From contig NC_079166.1 in assembly GCF_947568905.1 (NCBI RefSeq), positions 23,126,001 through 23,190,000 on the forward strand: a stretch of 64,000 nt of DNA. The letters run 5' to 3'. A program made the position numbers and the translations under genes. Source of the stretch: Ostrea edulis. Lineage: Eukaryota. The notes under the pieces were generated by a model that was not told the origin of the DNA, did not search any database, and saw only the letters and a program-made list of their open reading frames with translations. Every line of letters begins with the position of its first letter. The first letter of the stretch is position 1. Below, piece after piece: positions 62,931 to 64,000 of this stretch.

Positions 62931-63147
62931 GTAAGGATGTACATAGGAATACCTGGCAGTACGAATGTAGACGAATGAAGACAGAGTCACGATAAATGGA
63001 TAAAAAAATTACTACCCACATCAAGTATTCTGTAGAATATCATTTAGAGACAGAATAATCAATTTCAAATAAAACGTGACAAGGGTTGACCAATTCCCCT
63101 CTTCAAAACCTATTTTAGAGAGGTATAAGAGAACAGTACAATATATT

Positions 63148-63751
63148 GGGGTCGTCCGCTTCTGCTTCATACTTGGATGTTTTGTTGAAGGTAGACATTG
63201 GCAGCAGGCTGGCGGCTTGGCTGTGTGGCAGGCGGGGTGGTTTCGGCTTCTCCATCGTCAGTTTCCCACATTTATGTAGCAATATTCCATTATCACCTGC
63301 ATATGGTGTTTATATATCTCAACTGATTCGATATGCAAGAGCTTGTTCTGGGTAGAGTCAGTTTTTAAATCGAGGTAAGCTACTGACAAACAAGTTTATG
63401 GTACAGGGATTTCAACCAGTCTCGATTGAAGTCAGCATTTTGCAAATTCTATGGTCGTTATAATGATCTAGTTCGTCAATACAACCTCGCATTGGGTCAA
63501 ATGCTGTCTGACGTGTTTCATACCGATTGTTAAGCCGTTCTTGGCACACTGATTTTGACTGCGGATAACTCCGTTTACCTGATCAGGATATGGGGCTCAC
63601 GGCGGGTGTGACCGGTCAACAGGGGATGCTTACTCCTCCTAGGCACCTGATCCCACCTCTGGTGTGTCCAGGGGTCCGTGTTTGCCCAACTACCTATTTT
63701 GTATTGCGTGTAGGAGTTATGAGATTGATCACTGTTCGTTATCTTCACCTT
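63148..63751 (+). mobile_element. Young 5'-truncated Naiad-type PLE copy with an A-to-G hypermutated 5' segment
   Basis: Near-identical to about 10280-10763 over the last ~490 bp. The first ~112 bp differ almost only by A-to-G changes. Confidence 0.92.
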
Positions 63752-64000
63752 GCATATACATGTGTCTGTTGATATGCAAAAAAGAGATGTTGGTGTCCAA
63801 CTGTAAAACTTCAAACTAGCAAGGACTGGAGAACCAAAAAAAAAGTGAATCACAGCCATTTTTGCACTGTAATTCAAGTTCGACAAATCGTACATGTACA
63901 TACACGCAGTGATAATGAAATAAATACAATTTTCATTCCGTATCAAAATAAAAGTTTGCGGTTTTTGTTTCGTTGTAACAAACTCATAAGCGCTATGTCA

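Overview
This is AT-rich eukaryotic genomic DNA, most likely from an oyster (Ostreidae). That is inferred from the repeat families and gene types, not from a database search. The six-frame ORF track mostly captures single exons or repeat debris, so genes were rebuilt by hand from GT-AG splice sites with phase checking. Contents: (1) Two minus-strand small type I membrane proteins with MEGF10/Draper-type EGF-like modules. One is intact (6 exons, 227 aa); the other is probably a pseudogene. (2) A 12.7-kb TTAA-flanked Kolobok-like DNA transposon in the predicted last intron of the second gene. It encodes an intact 12-exon DDE transposase (723 aa) and a convergent 4-exon protein (242 aa) with an RGG tract and a P2X7-ballast-like Cys-rich domain. 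(3) Three plus-strand paralogous receptors with an atypical CUB-like ectodomain. One is intact with an ITAM-spaced and ITIM-like tail, one is decayed with NPxY motifs, and one runs off the window. (4) About 15 fragments of a Penelope-like (Naiad-type) retroelement. One carries a dense A-to-G hypermutated patch and a second shows a broader A-to-G bias. (5) Two arrays of roughly 350-bp repeats with degenerate minimal hammerhead ribozymes (retrozyme-like). (6) SINEs, a hAT derivative, Helentron-like repeats, GNA-triloop palindromic elements and microsatellites. No rRNA, bona fide tRNA or CRISPR array was seen.
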